Assembly (NCBI GenBank): GCA_963693365.1
Contig: CAVNZM010000004.1
Span: forward strand, 9,328,468-9,392,467
DNA length: 64,000 nt
Direction of reading: 5' to 3'
From: Amoebidium appalachense
Taxonomy: Eukaryota; Protista; Ichthyosporea
Positions 13,350-28,029 of this stretch are shown here, in pieces. Position numbers and translations under genes: made by a program. Every line of letters begins with the position of its first letter. Position 1 is the stretch's first letter. A model generated the notes under the pieces. That model had not been told where the DNA came from and did not search any database. It worked only from the letters and a program-made list of their open reading frames with translations.

Positions 13350-13822
13350 TCTAGAGAGAGAGAGGGAGGGAGAAAGAGAGGAAGGAGGGAGAGAGAAAAA
13401 GAGAGAGAGAGAGAGATTGTGTATGTATGTGTGTGTGTCACAGTGTGAAGGGGTTGGGAGATAAGGAGATAAGAGGGAGAGAGAGAGAGTGAGGGTGATA
13501 CAGAGGGGGGGAGGGAGGGAGGGAGGGAGAGGGGAGAGGGGGGGGGGAGAGAGAGAGAGAGAGAGGAAAGAGAGAGAGAGCTGAGAGAGAGCGAGAGAGA
13601 GTAGGAGGAAAGAGATGTGGGGGGGAAGAGAGAGACGGGGGGAGACAGAGACGCGGAGAGAGGGTCATAGGCACACACACATACACACACACACACACAC
13701 ACACGCACACAACATACACACACACACACACACACACATACACACACACGCACAAACACACACACACACACACACACATCATGACACATAAGCACAGACA
13801 CACACACACACACACGCACACA

Positions 13823-13896
<74 letters not shown>

Positions 13897-13900
13897 TACA
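13130..13900. repeat. Compound (GA)n / poly-G / (CA)n microsatellite block
   Basis: Simple repeats seen directly. Representative of dozens of similar blocks (e.g. 15181-15251 CT, 15661-15790 CA, 35260-35470 GA, 49696-49995 GT, 60845-61660 G/GA). Confidence 0.95.
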
Positions 13901-14355
13901 CGGTCATAATAATATTGCAAGTGTTCAACACATATGCCATCGTGTGCACATACACCTATGTACACAGTCACACTGTGAAACGATATACACACACAGCCAT
14001 ACTGCACGTGCACCATGACGCACCGTGGCGACTCCCAGATACCATAAACACAGTGACTCGGATACAAACACACACAAATCCAAGGTGTTACACCGTGACT
14101 TACAAAGACACCGAGGCATACACAAACATGGCATGCGAAATATTGTATCGACGCTCGCGCACGGACATGCATATTGCACACATGCACACGCACGTCGCAC
14201 TGCTCAATGTGGCACGCACTCATGTGGGCATGGACACACGGATAAGTCAATAGTTTAACCTACGCACCTACACACCCACTACCAGGCGTGCTCAGCCAGA
14301 ACACCCGCACAAACTTACGTATGCCGTGCGCTCAACTCCGGACACTCTCTCTTTA

Positions 14356-14391
<36 letters not shown>

Positions 14392-14629
14392 TTTCCTCCC
14401 CCCTATGCCTCTCTCTCACCTCTCTGGCACACACTTGTAAGTAACGTGCATGAATGCCAGGCCGACAACCATAGACTCACCCCCCCCCCCCCCCCCCCTC
14501 TTCCTGCCCCTCACGTCTCCGCAACACGACTATGTACTTCATTAAACTGGACATGTATCGAGGCAGCAGGCAGCCATCAGAGAGTGGCACCGAAGCTCAA
14601 ACCGCCCTTACAGTTTACCCTCACACCTT

Positions 14630-14732
14630 AACTAGGAACTTGGTTGGTGCTGTGTGGAAGGCGGTGGTCCCTGTGAGGGCTCCCTGGTGGGGTCCCTCCA
14701 GGATCCTTTCGGAATAAAATAAAGAAAAATAA
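14630..14732 (+). mobile_element. Possible 3' end of a retroposon (GC-rich segment ending in an A-rich tail)
   Basis: GC-rich stretch ending ...ggatcctttcggAATAAAATAAAGAAAAAT in intergenic DNA. No ORF or TSD established. Confidence 0.2.
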
Positions 14733-15178
14733 CCCTCACATAAAGATATTCGCTTTCCCTAGCATCAACGGTAATGAAATGGGATACATAACAACATTAG
14801 TATATTAATATCAGGCCCTGAACGTTGGTCACGACCGATTGGCCAATAAGAAGATCCCAGCTCGGAACCGGAGTCCGGACCCAATATGAGAGGCAGCAAG
14901 AAAAACCACGGATCAAGGCTATCTTTACAACAATTTGATCACTGTATCATTGGGGATCCTCCCCACCATGAACATGCTCCGTAAACAACTTAAAAACCCA
15001 CAGCACCGTCCCAGGTGCAAATAGCGGCTAGCGATAAGAAATTTCATACACTACACCTGTGTAAATCATAATCCCCCACATCGACCCCCCCCCCCGTCAC
15101 TATTTTCCACCAGCCACCAGCAGTGGAACAACTCCGTGGCATAAGGCAATCACATATGTGACTGCGAACCCACCACGA

Positions 15179-15255
<77 letters not shown>

Positions 15256-15656
15256 CCGTTCGCCACCGTTACAGGCTTCACAAATTCTTCAACAGTTACG
15301 AAGTGCAAATCTTACCTCGCATAAGGGGGACATCACAGGAGGTGCACAGTGGCACAGCACGGTAGGCTTCTGGAGGCGGGATACCACCCAAAATACATTG
15401 GCATGTTTTTTTTTCGCCAAAACGCGTGTGTGTGTGTGTGTGTGGGGGGGAGGGGGGGGGGGGGAGGAGGGGGAAGGAGGGGGGGGGGGCGGGGGGACAC
15501 TGTGTATTTGTGTGCCATATTTGCCTTGCGATGTACATATCATACAGAGTACATACACAGGCATGTTTTTTTTTAGGAAACTCTACACGCTGTGTGTGCA
15601 CGCCCAGAAGCTAAAGACAGAAGTCAGGCACACTCACGGAACCACACACATACAAC

Positions 15657-15792
<136 letters not shown>

Positions 15793-15944
15793 CGCGGGTT
15801 CCCGCAACTTGAAATACGCAAGCAATGTTCGGCTTGATTTTCAGAACTCTAAGAAAAGTTGCGGGTGCCGTCACGAATGATATCAACTTGGATTGTGGCT
15901 TTGGATCTGTTGCCGTGATATGGTTTAAAAGATGGGAAATGTCG

Positions 15945-15977
<33 letters not shown>

Positions 15978-16511
15978 CGGTTTCAAGAACCTGCTACTAC
16001 CAGAGCCCCCTCCCCCCCTCCCCCCCCCCCCTCCCGTCCCCTGAATGTCCTTGCTTGCAACCCCCTCTCCCCTCCACCCCCCTCCACCCCCACCCCTCTC
16101 CCCCGGGCATCCCCAATGCACTCAAATTTTGTTATTAATCTCCTATAAGATATATATCATCATCTCAGTATATTCTGCTAGTTTGAGAAAGCCCTCTGAG
16201 TCAAATGAATTCTATCAAAGGTGCTGCTCCTGTGCCTGTGTGACACCGAACTTTAAATCGGGCTCCAGAGAGCGGCAGGGGGAGGAGGGAAGGGAAGAGA
16301 GGAGGGGAGGGGGCGGGAAGGAGGGAGGTGGTCATACACTGAATTATTAGCATTTGTGGTGTTGGTGTGGGGGGGGGGGGGGGGGGGGGGGGGGGAAGGG
16401 GGGAGGGCGGAGGAGGCGGGGGCGGGGGGAGGGGGGATGGGAGGGGGCGGGGAGGGGAAAGAGGGAGCAGGAGAATGGTGGCTGGGATTTTGGAAGAAAA
16501 TACCCCCTTCA

Positions 16512-16552
<41 letters not shown>

Positions 16553-16919
16553 TTCGTGTTCTCTCCCTTCCCGGGCCTGGAAAGCTTTTGAGATGGTACC
16601 GGGGGGGGGGGGGGGGGGGGGGGGAGGGGTTAACCATACTCTCGGGAAAGGGGGCTTCAATGTGAGGAGGAAATAGGCAGTAGGGGTGGGGGTGGGGATG
16701 GTGGGGTGGGGGGGTGGAAGGGGGGAGGGGGGAGGGGATGGGGGAGGGGGCAAGCTATGAATGAGGATTGACCCGATGACACCTGTGACTGCTTAGCACG
16801 TGGGGGGGTATTACGAACTTTAAGAGCTCAAAGACAACAGAATATGACACTAGCACAGTGTGTTTGAGTGTGTGCGCATATGTCTCTGTGTGTTTTGTGT
16901 CTGTGTGTTTGTCTTGTGC

Positions 16920-17008
<89 letters not shown>

Positions 17009-17338
17009 TGTGTATGTGTGTATGTGCGTGTGTGTGTGTGCTTGGGTCAGCCGGGGTAGAGGGTGGGGTCCTTGGGGCCTATATGGCGGGTACAGGCAGC
17101 CTGAACTGTCCCGGGGGGGAGGGGGGGGGGGGGGGGGGGGGGGGAGGGATTTATTGGATCAAGCAGATTCCTCCCTCCCTTCCTCACCCCCCCCCCCCCC
17201 CCCCCCCTCCTCCCGCTCCATCCGGAGAAGGGTTCGGCTCAGGGCTACATAATGTAGTCTAAGCCTATGGAATTTATTGATTTCTTACCCAACCACTCCC
17301 AAGCCCTCTTTGACTCCAGAATCACGGACGCAAGCCTA

Positions 17339-17531
17339 CAGTGCTTACAAGTTGCACCGTCTTTCTGCACCAATCAGATTTTCGCAATCATATGATTGGC
17401 CGGTAATGGGAAATCTATATAGGAATCGTTCGCTTAACTCAAAATTTGACTTATAGAGTCAAACCGCCAGCCAATTGCATCCCGTAGACCGGCCTTGCTC
17501 CGATTGGTGCAGAAAGACGGTGCAAGCACGG
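17339..17531. mobile_element. MITE, Tc1/mariner-type non-autonomous element
   Basis: Perfect 24-bp inverted repeat TTGCACCGTCTTTCTGCACCAATC (17352-17375) / GATTGGTGCAGAAAGACGGTGCAA (17501-17524), extending to CAGTG...CACGG termini. Flanked on both sides by TA (17337-17338, 17532-17533). Confidence 0.75.
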
Positions 17532-20002
17532 TAGGGGACCTGTCTACCATAAATGCACGCTTGAAGATCGATTGGATTAGAATTGATATTACTAAGTCTT
17601 TTCTTCTATTTTTTTTTGGGGGGGGGGGAGGTTTGAGGGAAAGAGGGGAGGGGAGAGGGGGCAGGGGGGACGGGGGAAGAGGGCGGGGGGAGGGGGAAGG
17701 GGGGGGAGGATGATAAACTGGATAGCTCAGGTGCTGCTGCACGGGAGGAGACGGCTGATGTCAGGAATTCACAGACTGAGATACGGATGGTAGTAGGCAC
17801 TCTGTAGTTTGTATGTGTTTTTATCTTTTTTCTTTGCTCTTTTATTTTCTTTTCTTTCTTTTTTTGCCGTGGGGATGGGGGTGGGGGGTGGGGGGGTTGG
17901 GGGGGATTTAGCGGATCGGGTTACTAGAAAATAGGGGGAGCTCTTGCACTGGGCAGATTTTTACCCTCCCCCCCCCCCCCCCCCCCCCTCCCCCCCTCCC
18001 CCCCCCCTCCCCTCTCCCTCCCTTCCCCCTCCGCACCCCTGAGGTGTGAGAGCTTCTGAGGTGTTACCAATTCCAACAACCTTCAAAGTGACGTCAACCA
18101 ATCGACTCAAAAGACGTGTGGCAGTCAGTGCCTGACATCTGGTTGGCTCGATGGGCATGGCATCAGTGTAATCACTAATCGTTTCTTCCTTGCTTTTGGG
18201 TCCGGGAAGTGGTAGCATTTGATTGGTTACCAGGTCTTTTAATGTTAGAACATATGGTCGATACTTGCAGAATTGTGATTTTTTAGAGGATTAGCGTGTT
18301 TATCATAACTGCCGTCACTCCGCATCATTTTTCCAAATTTGGTACAACTAAAGACACCGCTAACCAATCACAGTTAGGCAATCACCGAACAATGGTTTTA
18401 ACATTAAAAACCACCAATCCAATGATACCATCTGCCGAACCCCAGAAAAACACCGAACGAAGAAGAACCATGGAGGATAAACAAAGCCTTATGATCCCCA
18501 CGCTTAGACAGTTGTGTTGAGTGGTTCATATACTATGATATAGTCTACTGGTGTCTGGTGTTTTGCCTCCGTTGTGTCCAGACCGTTGGGGAGTCAATGG
18601 GGAGGGACAACCGTTATGCAAAGATCTAGACCCACTCATTACTGTGGCATCCATCCAACCTACTACAATCCTCCCCCCCCCCCCCCCTACCCCCCCCCCC
18701 CCCCCCGCCCCCTCCCGGGCCCCCACCCCTTCTTCCCAGCCACTCCCCTCTCCCCGTTGCGCCATCCACCCACCCACCGCACCCCATCCTGCGGGCGGAG
18801 TGGGTTGGGGTGGGGGGAGGGAGGAGTTGGTCCTGGGGCGTTGTAAGTGGGGGGGGGGGGGGGAGGCGTTGGAAGGAGGGGTTAGGTGGCTGGTGGTGGT
18901 GGTGGTGGGGGGGGGGGGAGGGGGGAGGGGGGGGGGGAGGAGAGATAGCCCTGGGGGTGGTTCGGCATGTGAGGTGGGGATTATCCCATCGGGAGGGGGG
19001 GAGGGAGGGAGGGAGGGGGAAGGAGCGGGAAGGGCGGGAGGGGGAAGGGGGGAAGGGGGGGGGGGGGGAGGAGCTGCACCCGGAGCATCTCACGAAAGAT
19101 GATGTGGGGGAGTTGCTTTCTTAGAAGATGCCCCCCTCCTCCCACCTTGAACATACACATGCCTTAAAACATCGTGCATGTGCTGTGCATAATGGTCTAC
19201 CACAGTGATCCATTCACGGCCAATAAAACACACATACATCATGAACACGTCTGAAAAGCCTTCAACGAGTGGTAGGGGGGGTGCACCCGAACAGGTTACC
19301 CAGATAAAATCGACTTTGATTTCCAACCAAGCCTTGGATGAGGAGGAGGAAGAGGGGGGAGGGAGGGGGAGGGGGGGGGGGGGGGGAGGGGGGAAGGCGG
19401 CGATTTGTTGAGCGGGGAGACGGGGGAGGGGGTGGGAGGGGAGAGGGGTGGGGGATGGAAGTAGGGGATTAGAGGAACATACTCAAAGGTATGTTTTTTT
19501 GGGGGGTGGGGGGAGGGGAGGGTGGGTAGGTAGGACGGGGGGAGAGGGGAAGGAGGGGGGGGGGGGGGGGGGGGGGGCTCGAGGTTGAATGGAGGGAGGG
19601 AGGATGCTACACGATTATCCTACCCCCCCCCCCCCCCCCCTCCCCCCTTCCCCTCACCACCCCCTCCTCCCCACCCCCTCTTTCAGGTGAGGTTGGATGT
19701 CCCCCCCTCCCCCCCCTGGGGTCTCCCCCACCCCCCCTCAACTCCCGCGCCCCCAAAAAACAAATTTGGAAAAGAAACAGGAAAAGAACAAACTGGGCAA
19801 CTGAGTTTACTTCCCTAGTAACCTGTCGTCAATGCAAGGTGGCTTGTTGGACCTCCTGCGGTTTTTAAGGCTGGCCGGGAAGAGCCTCGGGATGGTTGGG
19901 GGGGAAGGGGGGGGGGGAGAGGGGGGTTGTCCGAGAAGGGGCAAGGGGCACGGGGTTTAAATTTAAAAAAGGCTAGGGACCACAATGACTTAACCGAACA
20001 CC

Positions 20003-20049
<47 letters not shown>

Positions 20050-20343
20050 TTCCCCCTCTCCCTTCACCGAAAAAAAAAGAAAAAAAGAAAAAAGAAAGAA
20101 AAAGAAATAAAAAGAAAAAACCCCCCAAAGGAACCAACATGGCACTAGCCCGTTTGCTGTTCGCTATAAACATGTTATTGATTAATCCGACCAAACTAGC
20201 AGAAGAATAATGCCCACACCGGCACCATTTCATACCCGATTAACAGGCAGCAGCAATGCTTGATGATTTTGTAGTGATGACTCTTTTGGGATATGAAGAA
20301 GCGAGATATCCAGATATCACAAACACATCCCCCCCCCCCCCCC

Positions 20344-20375
<32 letters not shown>

Positions 20376-20724
20376 ATCACCTCTTGGACGCCGAGGCCCC
20401 AAGGAAACGAATTTGATTGTTGTTAAGAAAAAAAAAAAAAAAAAATGTGCACTACGCCTGAGTATGGTCCAACGGTTTAGCCAACATCCAAAAAAACCGA
20501 GGCAATTTATCGCAAAACGATCACACACTACAAGAATATCCGGATATGGTATTGCGCTGCCGACGTCTGGTGCAAGAATGGGCCCATATACGAAAAATTG
20601 CTAATAAGCGCAAGATTACCGGGGAAATCATGCTGTCCACCCTGGACACAAAAATACTCAACACTTTTGACATTTACTCACAAGGGGGGCAAAGGGGCGG
20701 GTGGGTGGGTGGGTGGTTGTGGGG

Positions 20725-20756
<32 letters not shown>

Positions 20757-21088
20757 GCTCATTTAACATGTGCTACTATTTTCTTGTCGACATTGGTGAT
20801 GCTGTGATCAGGTGCCGGCCCCAAGCCAACAGTAAGTCTACCCAAAGGCCATAATAGTACAAAACTGGCAGATGGATATTATATAATCATCATATATATA
20901 CTGTAGGTCCAAACAAGTTTCTTTTTCTGTTTTCGATTTTCCGTTTTCGATTTTGTGACCCGTCTTTTTTTTTCTTTTTCTTTTTTTTGTCTGTTTGTTT
21001 GTTTTCTTTAGAGGGGAAAGGGGGGGGAGGGGGGGAAGGGTGAGGTGGGAGGGTTGGGGGGTTGGGGGGGTGGGTGGGGGGGGGGGTG

Positions 21089-21119
<31 letters not shown>

Positions 21120-21684
21120 AATTTTCTTTGCGGCCCGCAGTGATGTACACATTAGCTAGACATATCAGATTCACATCTCGAGTCAAGTTTGTGTGGTGTT
21201 AGCTTAGCGCACTTGTTTGAGTCAACCAAGCTCTTTAAGCCCATACTGGTCTTTAGAATTGGGGCCAACCATATCACTGCCTATTCGGCTGAAAATCTTT
21301 CACCGTTCCTGGGGATATCCCACCCTTCCCCCCCCCCCTCCCCCCCCCCCTGCCCCACTTCCCCTTCTGCCTGTTACAGGGAGGAAAAAAAAAAAAAAAA
21401 AAAAAAAGGCATGTAAACTATTTCAAAAGAGTTGCACCAATATCCATAAGGGGGAAAAAGCACAGCGTACGTGCATCCACGTGGGAATTGCGGTGACTTA
21501 TCTGGTGTACTGCATACTTTAATACCAAGCTGTACCGGGATAAACCCGCAATATACCAGTTTGAATCAAAGTTTGTGTACTGGGATTCAATATTCATATG
21601 ACTACGTAAGAGGCTTGCAGGCCTAGCCGGGGCAGGTCTGCAATTCAAAGTTTGTCATTCGGTTTGTTTGGGGTGTGCACGCCA

Positions 21685-21752
<68 letters not shown>

Positions 21753-22103
21753 GTGCGTGTGTGTGTGTGGGCCTCGTATGTGCGCGGTGTGCGTGTTGGG
21801 GGTGGAGGGGGTAGGGGATGGCGGTGAGAGGAGGGGGGGTGGGGGGCGGCGCGGGGTTGGGGTGGGGTAGAGGGGGGCGTGGGGAGGGGGGAGGGGGGGG
21901 GGGGGGGGGGGTATGCGTAATCTCACTTTGGTTCATACGACGGAGGTCCCCTCGCACCTGATTGGACAATACACGACCCGATGACGTAAAATCAGGGGGG
22001 AACTATTCGATCCCCAAGCTTGGCGACGTGGGGCGGCAGCCCCCACATTTAGGGCCCAAACACACTTTCTCCCTATACCTAGGGGCCACGTCTTACGGAC
22101 CTA

Positions 22104-22148
<45 letters not shown>

Positions 22149-22493
22149 TTCAACAACAACAACCTACCACCACCACCACCACCACCGCAGTCACCGCTTC
22201 TCCTGGGCCTTATGCATATGGCTTGAGTATAATTAGCTCAACTTATAAAGTTTCCTGGTTTCCTTACTTCAAGTCGCGACTCAGAGTCAAGTCGCCACAC
22301 CCCTGACCGCGGCCAACTACAACCACACACAAATACACACACGCACACACGCACACACGCACGCATACACGCAGACACACACGCACACACACACGCACGC
22401 ACGCACGTACGCACACATACACGCAGACACACACGCACGCACGCACACACTCACGCACCAACACACACAAACATACGTGCTTGCGCGCGCGCG

Positions 22494-22530
<37 letters not shown>

Positions 22531-22625
22531 CTTGTGAGAGTCTTGCCTGGGACAACTGCAGCACGGTGTGGAAGGGCATCTGAAGGGGCCAGAAGTGGAG
22601 GCATTTACAGAACCGTCGACACACA

Positions 22626-22668
<43 letters not shown>

Positions 22669-23207
22669 TCTACAACTTTCACACACGCACACGTGCAACA
22701 CATGCAGGCATACACACATACACACACACACCCACACACACTCATGCACACACACATGTACAAGCATGCAAACGCTGCACATATACACACATGCACATAC
22801 ACATGTACAAGCATGCACACGCTGCACACACACATGCACATACACTTGTACAAGCATGCACATCCTGCACATGCACGCCTGGCTTCCACACAGACACGTA
22901 TACACAACTCTTCCGCCTCTTCTCTCTCACACACACACACACAAATGTGCACGCGTGCGCGCGCGCGCACACACACACACACATACACACACATACACAC
23001 ACAACACACACACACACACACACACAGTGGGTGAGGCAGCACCCCCAATGCCAAACACCGTCGTTTTTGGCAATACGCTTGCGCCCCCGATGCTCTGGGC
23101 AACTGCAGAAGAACGAGGTGATACGGTGATCCACCCACCCACCTATTTACTTCATTCTTGCACGCAGGCAAACACACTATCCACACAGATTGTGTACCCC
23201 AGTGGCA

Positions 23208-23257
<50 letters not shown>

Positions 23258-23503
23258 TGTTACTAAAAATAGAATTTTCGAGACGGCCGTGCTCCCACCC
23301 CCCTCCTCGGCTTGTCTTAATTCTGAATTACCCATCCATGAATTCACCGCAACCAAAAACTGCGCCCTTGTTGCCAGAATGGGGCAGTGTGACTGTGTAA
23401 ATGTGTGTTTGTACGTCCGAGCAGTGTGTGTGTGTGTGTGTGTGGGGAGAGGGGGAGGCGGGGAGCTAAGGGGGGAGGGAAGAGGAAGGGGTGGCACACA
23501 CAC

Positions 23504-23613
23504 GTACAAGCGGGTGTTTGTGGCACACACACACACTAATACAATTGGGTGTCTCTAGGTACAAGCGGGTGTTTGTGGCACACACACACACTAATACAAT
23601 TGGGTGTCTGTAG
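23504..23613. repeat. Tandem duplication of about 55 bp
   Basis: gtacaagcgggtgtttgtggcacacacacacactaatacaattgggtgtct(c/g)tag occurs twice head-to-tail. Confidence 0.9.
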
Positions 23614-24076
23614 TTGACACACACACACACACAGTTGGGTGTTTGTGGTTCATTATAATTACCGGTGCACTGCACCACGGCCACCACTAACCTCACGTGG
23701 GCATACCTCAAGCACACCCCCCCTTAAAGCACACCAACCCGTCCGGGTCACTGGAAAATCAAAAATCTGGCTATCGTATTTTTCTACCAGCATGAGGGTG
23801 CCTATGTATGTATACAGTATTCACACAGTGTCACATAACCATCCTATTTCAAGGGCAGGAAAATACATAATAAGCTGCCAAAAAACAGAGGTATTCAAAT
23901 AGAAAAAAGCGGGGAAATAAGGCAAAAAATAACCCCTCCCAAACCCCATAAACGAACCACACTCACTACGTTGCGGTATTCATAGGCCTTTGCCTACACT
24001 ACCAGCCATGGATCGACATTTCCTTCTCCCGCAAGCCCACTTTTATACATAATATTAAAATTTTAAAGCCGAATTT

Positions 24077-24708
24077 CTATTCCTCGGCGGCCTTGCAGTG
24101 GCTCTCGTATGCGGCCTTGTCCATGAGGGCATCGAACTCCGAGGGGTTGGTGAGCTTGAGCTTGACGAGCCAGCCTGTGGGAGTGTGACGGTCAACATCA
24201 GCAGTGCCCGGGGGGGGGGGGGGGGGGGGGGGGGGTTGTTTTTGAATGCGGAACAGTGTACGAAAGTACACATACAAAGACAAACATTCAAGTATGCAAC
24301 ACAGTGCGTCAGAAGCAGAGCCTATCCTCAGGGAGGGCCCCCGGGGGGGGGGGGGGGGGGGGGGGTTTGAATGCGTCAAAAAGTACGAAGTACACAAGAA
24401 CAAACGGATAACACGATGCAGACTGCAAGCCATACATAAAGAGTATGCATAATAAGCAGAGCCCATCCTCAGGGGGGGCCCACGTCATCCACAGTACCCG
24501 AGTTTCGACCTATTCGAAAGATGAGTTACAGAGTATAAGAAGTACACATTCACGACGGACAACACAATACAGAGTGCAAAGCACACACGAAGAGCGTACA
24601 GGGAGGGAGGGGAGGGGGAGGGGAGAGGAGGGAAAGGATAGAATGTGTTACAGAGTACACACTCATGACGGACAACACAAGGCAGCACACATGAAGAGCA
24701 TACAAGGA

Positions 24709-24752
<44 letters not shown>

Positions 24753-24979
24753 TGAAATAGTTACAGAGTGCACGAAGTACGACACACTCATGACGGACAA
24801 CACAATCCATAACTTCAAAGCACACAGAAGGTATTTATAGAGCACACACAAGATATCAAACACAGTACCCGCATTTCGTCCATTCACCTGGTCGGGGATA
24901 AAGTAGAGCAAACTCGAATATGCGTGCCTTCCCAAGCAAAAAAAAAAAGAACGTAGGAGAGCAAGGGGCCGGGTGAGCC

Positions 24980-25025
<46 letters not shown>

Positions 25026-25672
25026 AGAGCAAGATAGAGAGAGAGAGGGAGACCGAGAGCAAGCGAGAGACCGAGAGGCAAGTGCAGGCGCACATGCTTG
25101 CAACAAAGATAGGGGGACGCAACAAAAGGAGGAGGTGGTGGTGGTGGTTGGGCGGGGGGGTGGGTGGGTGGGTGAGTGTGAGTGTGAGTGTGAGTGTGAG
25201 TGTGTGTGTTGGGGGGGGGGGGGGGGGGGGGGGGAGTTCAACACACCCTTCTCTTCTGCGCTCTGGTTGATCAGGCCCGGGGTGTCGACGACACCAGAGT
25301 TGACCTCCACAACCTCACCGCTGACGGGTGCATAAACATCACTGGCTGCCTTAACGCTCTCGACAATGCCCATCTCATCTGTGCAAAGGGTGGCAAATGT
25401 GTTGGTCATCCGTGCAGATGGAAGGCGGAGAAAGACAAAGAAGTGAGAAATGAACAACAAAGGAACAGAGGAGAGGTCTGGGCATTATAAGATTCCTTGT
25501 CTGGGGGAAGGGGTATGGCCAGTGTGTGTGTGTGCAAGTGCGTGTGTAATCGTGACATCAACAGAGAGAGTTGAAAAACGGGCCACGTCAGTACGGACCG
25601 AAAGAACACCTAAAAGGACGGGGGATTCAAGTTGTGGGCGTGGTGTGTCACGAAGCATGCGTGCGTGCATGT

Positions 25673-25703
<31 letters not shown>

Positions 25704-26158
25704 GGGGAGGGGGGAGGGGGGGAAGGGGGGCAGAGCAACGTACCACTCTGAGACAGCTGCTTGCCAACGGTAGGGAGCTCCACATAGACGAGGTCTCCGA
25801 GGGTGTGCTGTGGGCACACAGGCAGGTCAGCAAGTGTGTTGCAGGAAGAGAGGAGAGAGCTACTGCACAGGCACACAGGCAGCCCAAACAGTCGCAAACA
25901 CACGTCATCTTAAAAAGGAGGTAAGAAAGAATCCCTTCTCCCCCTCTTTTGTCTGTACCCTTTCCCCAAACACCCTTCACCCGTGCTTCGACGCACACTT
26001 GCCCAATGCTTTGGCATCAGGGTGGTAAAAAAAGGGAAAGGAGCAAAGAAAAACAGGTTAGGTGGGTGGTTGGGTGGTGGTAGGGGGGAGGGGGGTGGAT
26101 GTGGAGGACAGAAAGTTGACAAACGGGTGGAGAGTGAGAGCGGGGAAGGTGGGGGGGC

Positions 26159-26191
<33 letters not shown>

Positions 26192-26835
26192 AATAGAAAG
26201 CCACATGCTGCCGAAAAAACAGTAGTACTCTCGAGTGCACACCAAAGCAGAGAGCAGGTGTTGAAAGAGCTGGGTAGGGAGAAAGTCAGAGAGAGGAAAG
26301 GAGAAAGAAGTGGGAGATAGGCAGGGAGGCAGAGGAGGAGCATGGGAGAGTGGGGCCGGGGTCCGGGGGGAGGGGGGTGGGCAGGGGGAGGGGGAGGGGG
26401 GAGGAGAGAGGGGGGGTCGTTAGTTACCTGGGCGTAATCGGTGATGCCGACAGTGACAGTCTCACCCTCAACGGAGACCCACTCGTGGTCCTTGGTGTAC
26501 TTGACCGTAGCGTACCAACGGGCACCTAGGCTGAGCGCACCCATACCACCAACCCGGCCTGTGAAGAAGGAAAGTGTGAGAACCTGAAAAACCAATGTGT
26601 TACAGAGAGGAAGTAAACGTCCGACACAAGAAAACCAAGGGGATGGGAGGAGGAGAGGGAGGGGGGAGAGGGGGGGGGGGGGGGGGCAAGGAGAACGATA
26701 GACGAGGGAACTCAGGATGCATTAGTGGGCGAAAGCTATACAAGAGACTTGGAGAGAGTAGGTAGGGGGAGCAGAAAGGGTTTACTTACAGGCCAGGGTA
26801 GAACCGAAGGCGGAGGAGAGACGACCGAGAGACAT
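24077..26835 (-). CDS. GCSH: Glycine cleavage system H protein, mitochondrial
   Basis: Exons 26835-26790 ([15 protein letters not shown], presequence-like), 26558-26428 (...[25 protein letters not shown]), 25807-25744 ([12 protein letters not shown]...), 25378-25247 ([27 protein letters not shown]..., lipoyl-lysine motif VESVKAASD), 24174-24077 (GWLVKLK...[12 protein letters not shown]). All junctions are GT-AG and in phase. Confidence 0.96.
24243..24850 (-). repeat. Dispersed intronic repeat family, tandem cluster in the last GCSH intron
   Basis: Two near-complete copies (24243-24342, 24367-24512) and three partial gttacagagt...gacggacaacacaa copies separated by G-runs. Confidence 0.85.
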
Positions 26836-28029
26836 TTTGTCGGGTTATCTGCGGAATGGGAAAGGTTGATATCAGCACATGCGCAAAACGATAAGTAAAG
26901 AAATTTTTTTTCCGGTTGCTCTGAGTCTGTGCGCCTGAAGTGTCTCACAGAAAAAACTTCCATGATTCAAAGACACCTAGCCTCGAAGCAAGCAGACAAG
27001 AACAAACAAAATGAATCTGTCCACTGGCGCTGTAAAAAAAAAGGTCACACAGAGAACAACCCATCACCATAGACATTCGACACGAGAACATGAGAATAAT
27101 CACGTACCAAAAGCCTTGAACTACGGGAGGGGTGGTGGCGGTGGACTCAAAGGTGGTGTGTGCACTTGCAATCTATGGCATTTTGACTTTTTATAGCTGC
27201 GCCCAGGAGCACTGGTTAAGCCACATGCGCTGCTTTCGGCCACATCATATTACATTTCATTCTTAATACGGCTAACTGTATACCATAATAAGGCTTCTGT
27301 ATAGGATTTTGGGCATTAATATGTTTTAATTGGCTGATTGTCATGACAACAATATAGCGACCCGGGAGTCGGTTAGCAAAGTTCCTGTCAAACTACTGGT
27401 TCCCGCCACAACGGGGCCACCACACAGTCTGTGTGATATGACGTCACCTAAAGGACCCTTGTTTCTCAACGGAAAACGATGGATATCTTACTGTAATGTA
27501 TCAAGAGCGAACACAGGATTTTTACCGCCACAAAGTCCAATAAAATAACTTTAACCAATTATTTCATACAGCATTGCTTGGCCCATGTCATGATATGTGG
27601 GTTAATCAGCACACACAGGCAACAGGCACGCTGACCCTGAGGACCTTATCTTAAAACATTAGTATTAGGGTGTACATTGCGAAGACTATACGCCAGACAA
27701 CCAAAAGAGGGATGCAGAAAAGCGCGGTGCCGGGGAGTGGAGGGCCCCAAAAGAGGAAGGACACACGTGTGTTTCCCTCTTTTGGTTGTCACAATTTTCA
27801 CTATCACCTATCCGCCTGCAGACCGCGTTGTATGCGCCTCCGCCTGTATTTTCCCTTTTGTCGGTTGACAACTTATAAACACAACACACACACCAGCTCC
27901 ACTTCCGCGGATACAACACACTCTGCTTCGTTCCACCTCACTTTTTCCGTGTCTCAGATCACGCTCGGGGTTCGTTCCATCCTTTTTTGTGTGTGAGCCG
28001 GGGTCTCAGCGATTTGAAAGGAGGCGAAG
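26836..28029. promoter_or_regulatory. Putative bidirectional promoter GCSH / AcpS
   Basis: About 1.2 kb, largely microsatellite-free interval between divergent start codons. Contains the TGACGTCA palindrome (27439-27446) and CCAAT/ATTGG boxes. Confidence 0.55.

Noticed and set aside
24450-24500. Intronic repeat hairpin as a SECIS or box C/D snoRNA
   Set aside because: It is intronic, with no apical AA loop or GA quartet geometry for SECIS. The GAUGA/CUGA motifs are too close together and not conserved as terminal C/D boxes.
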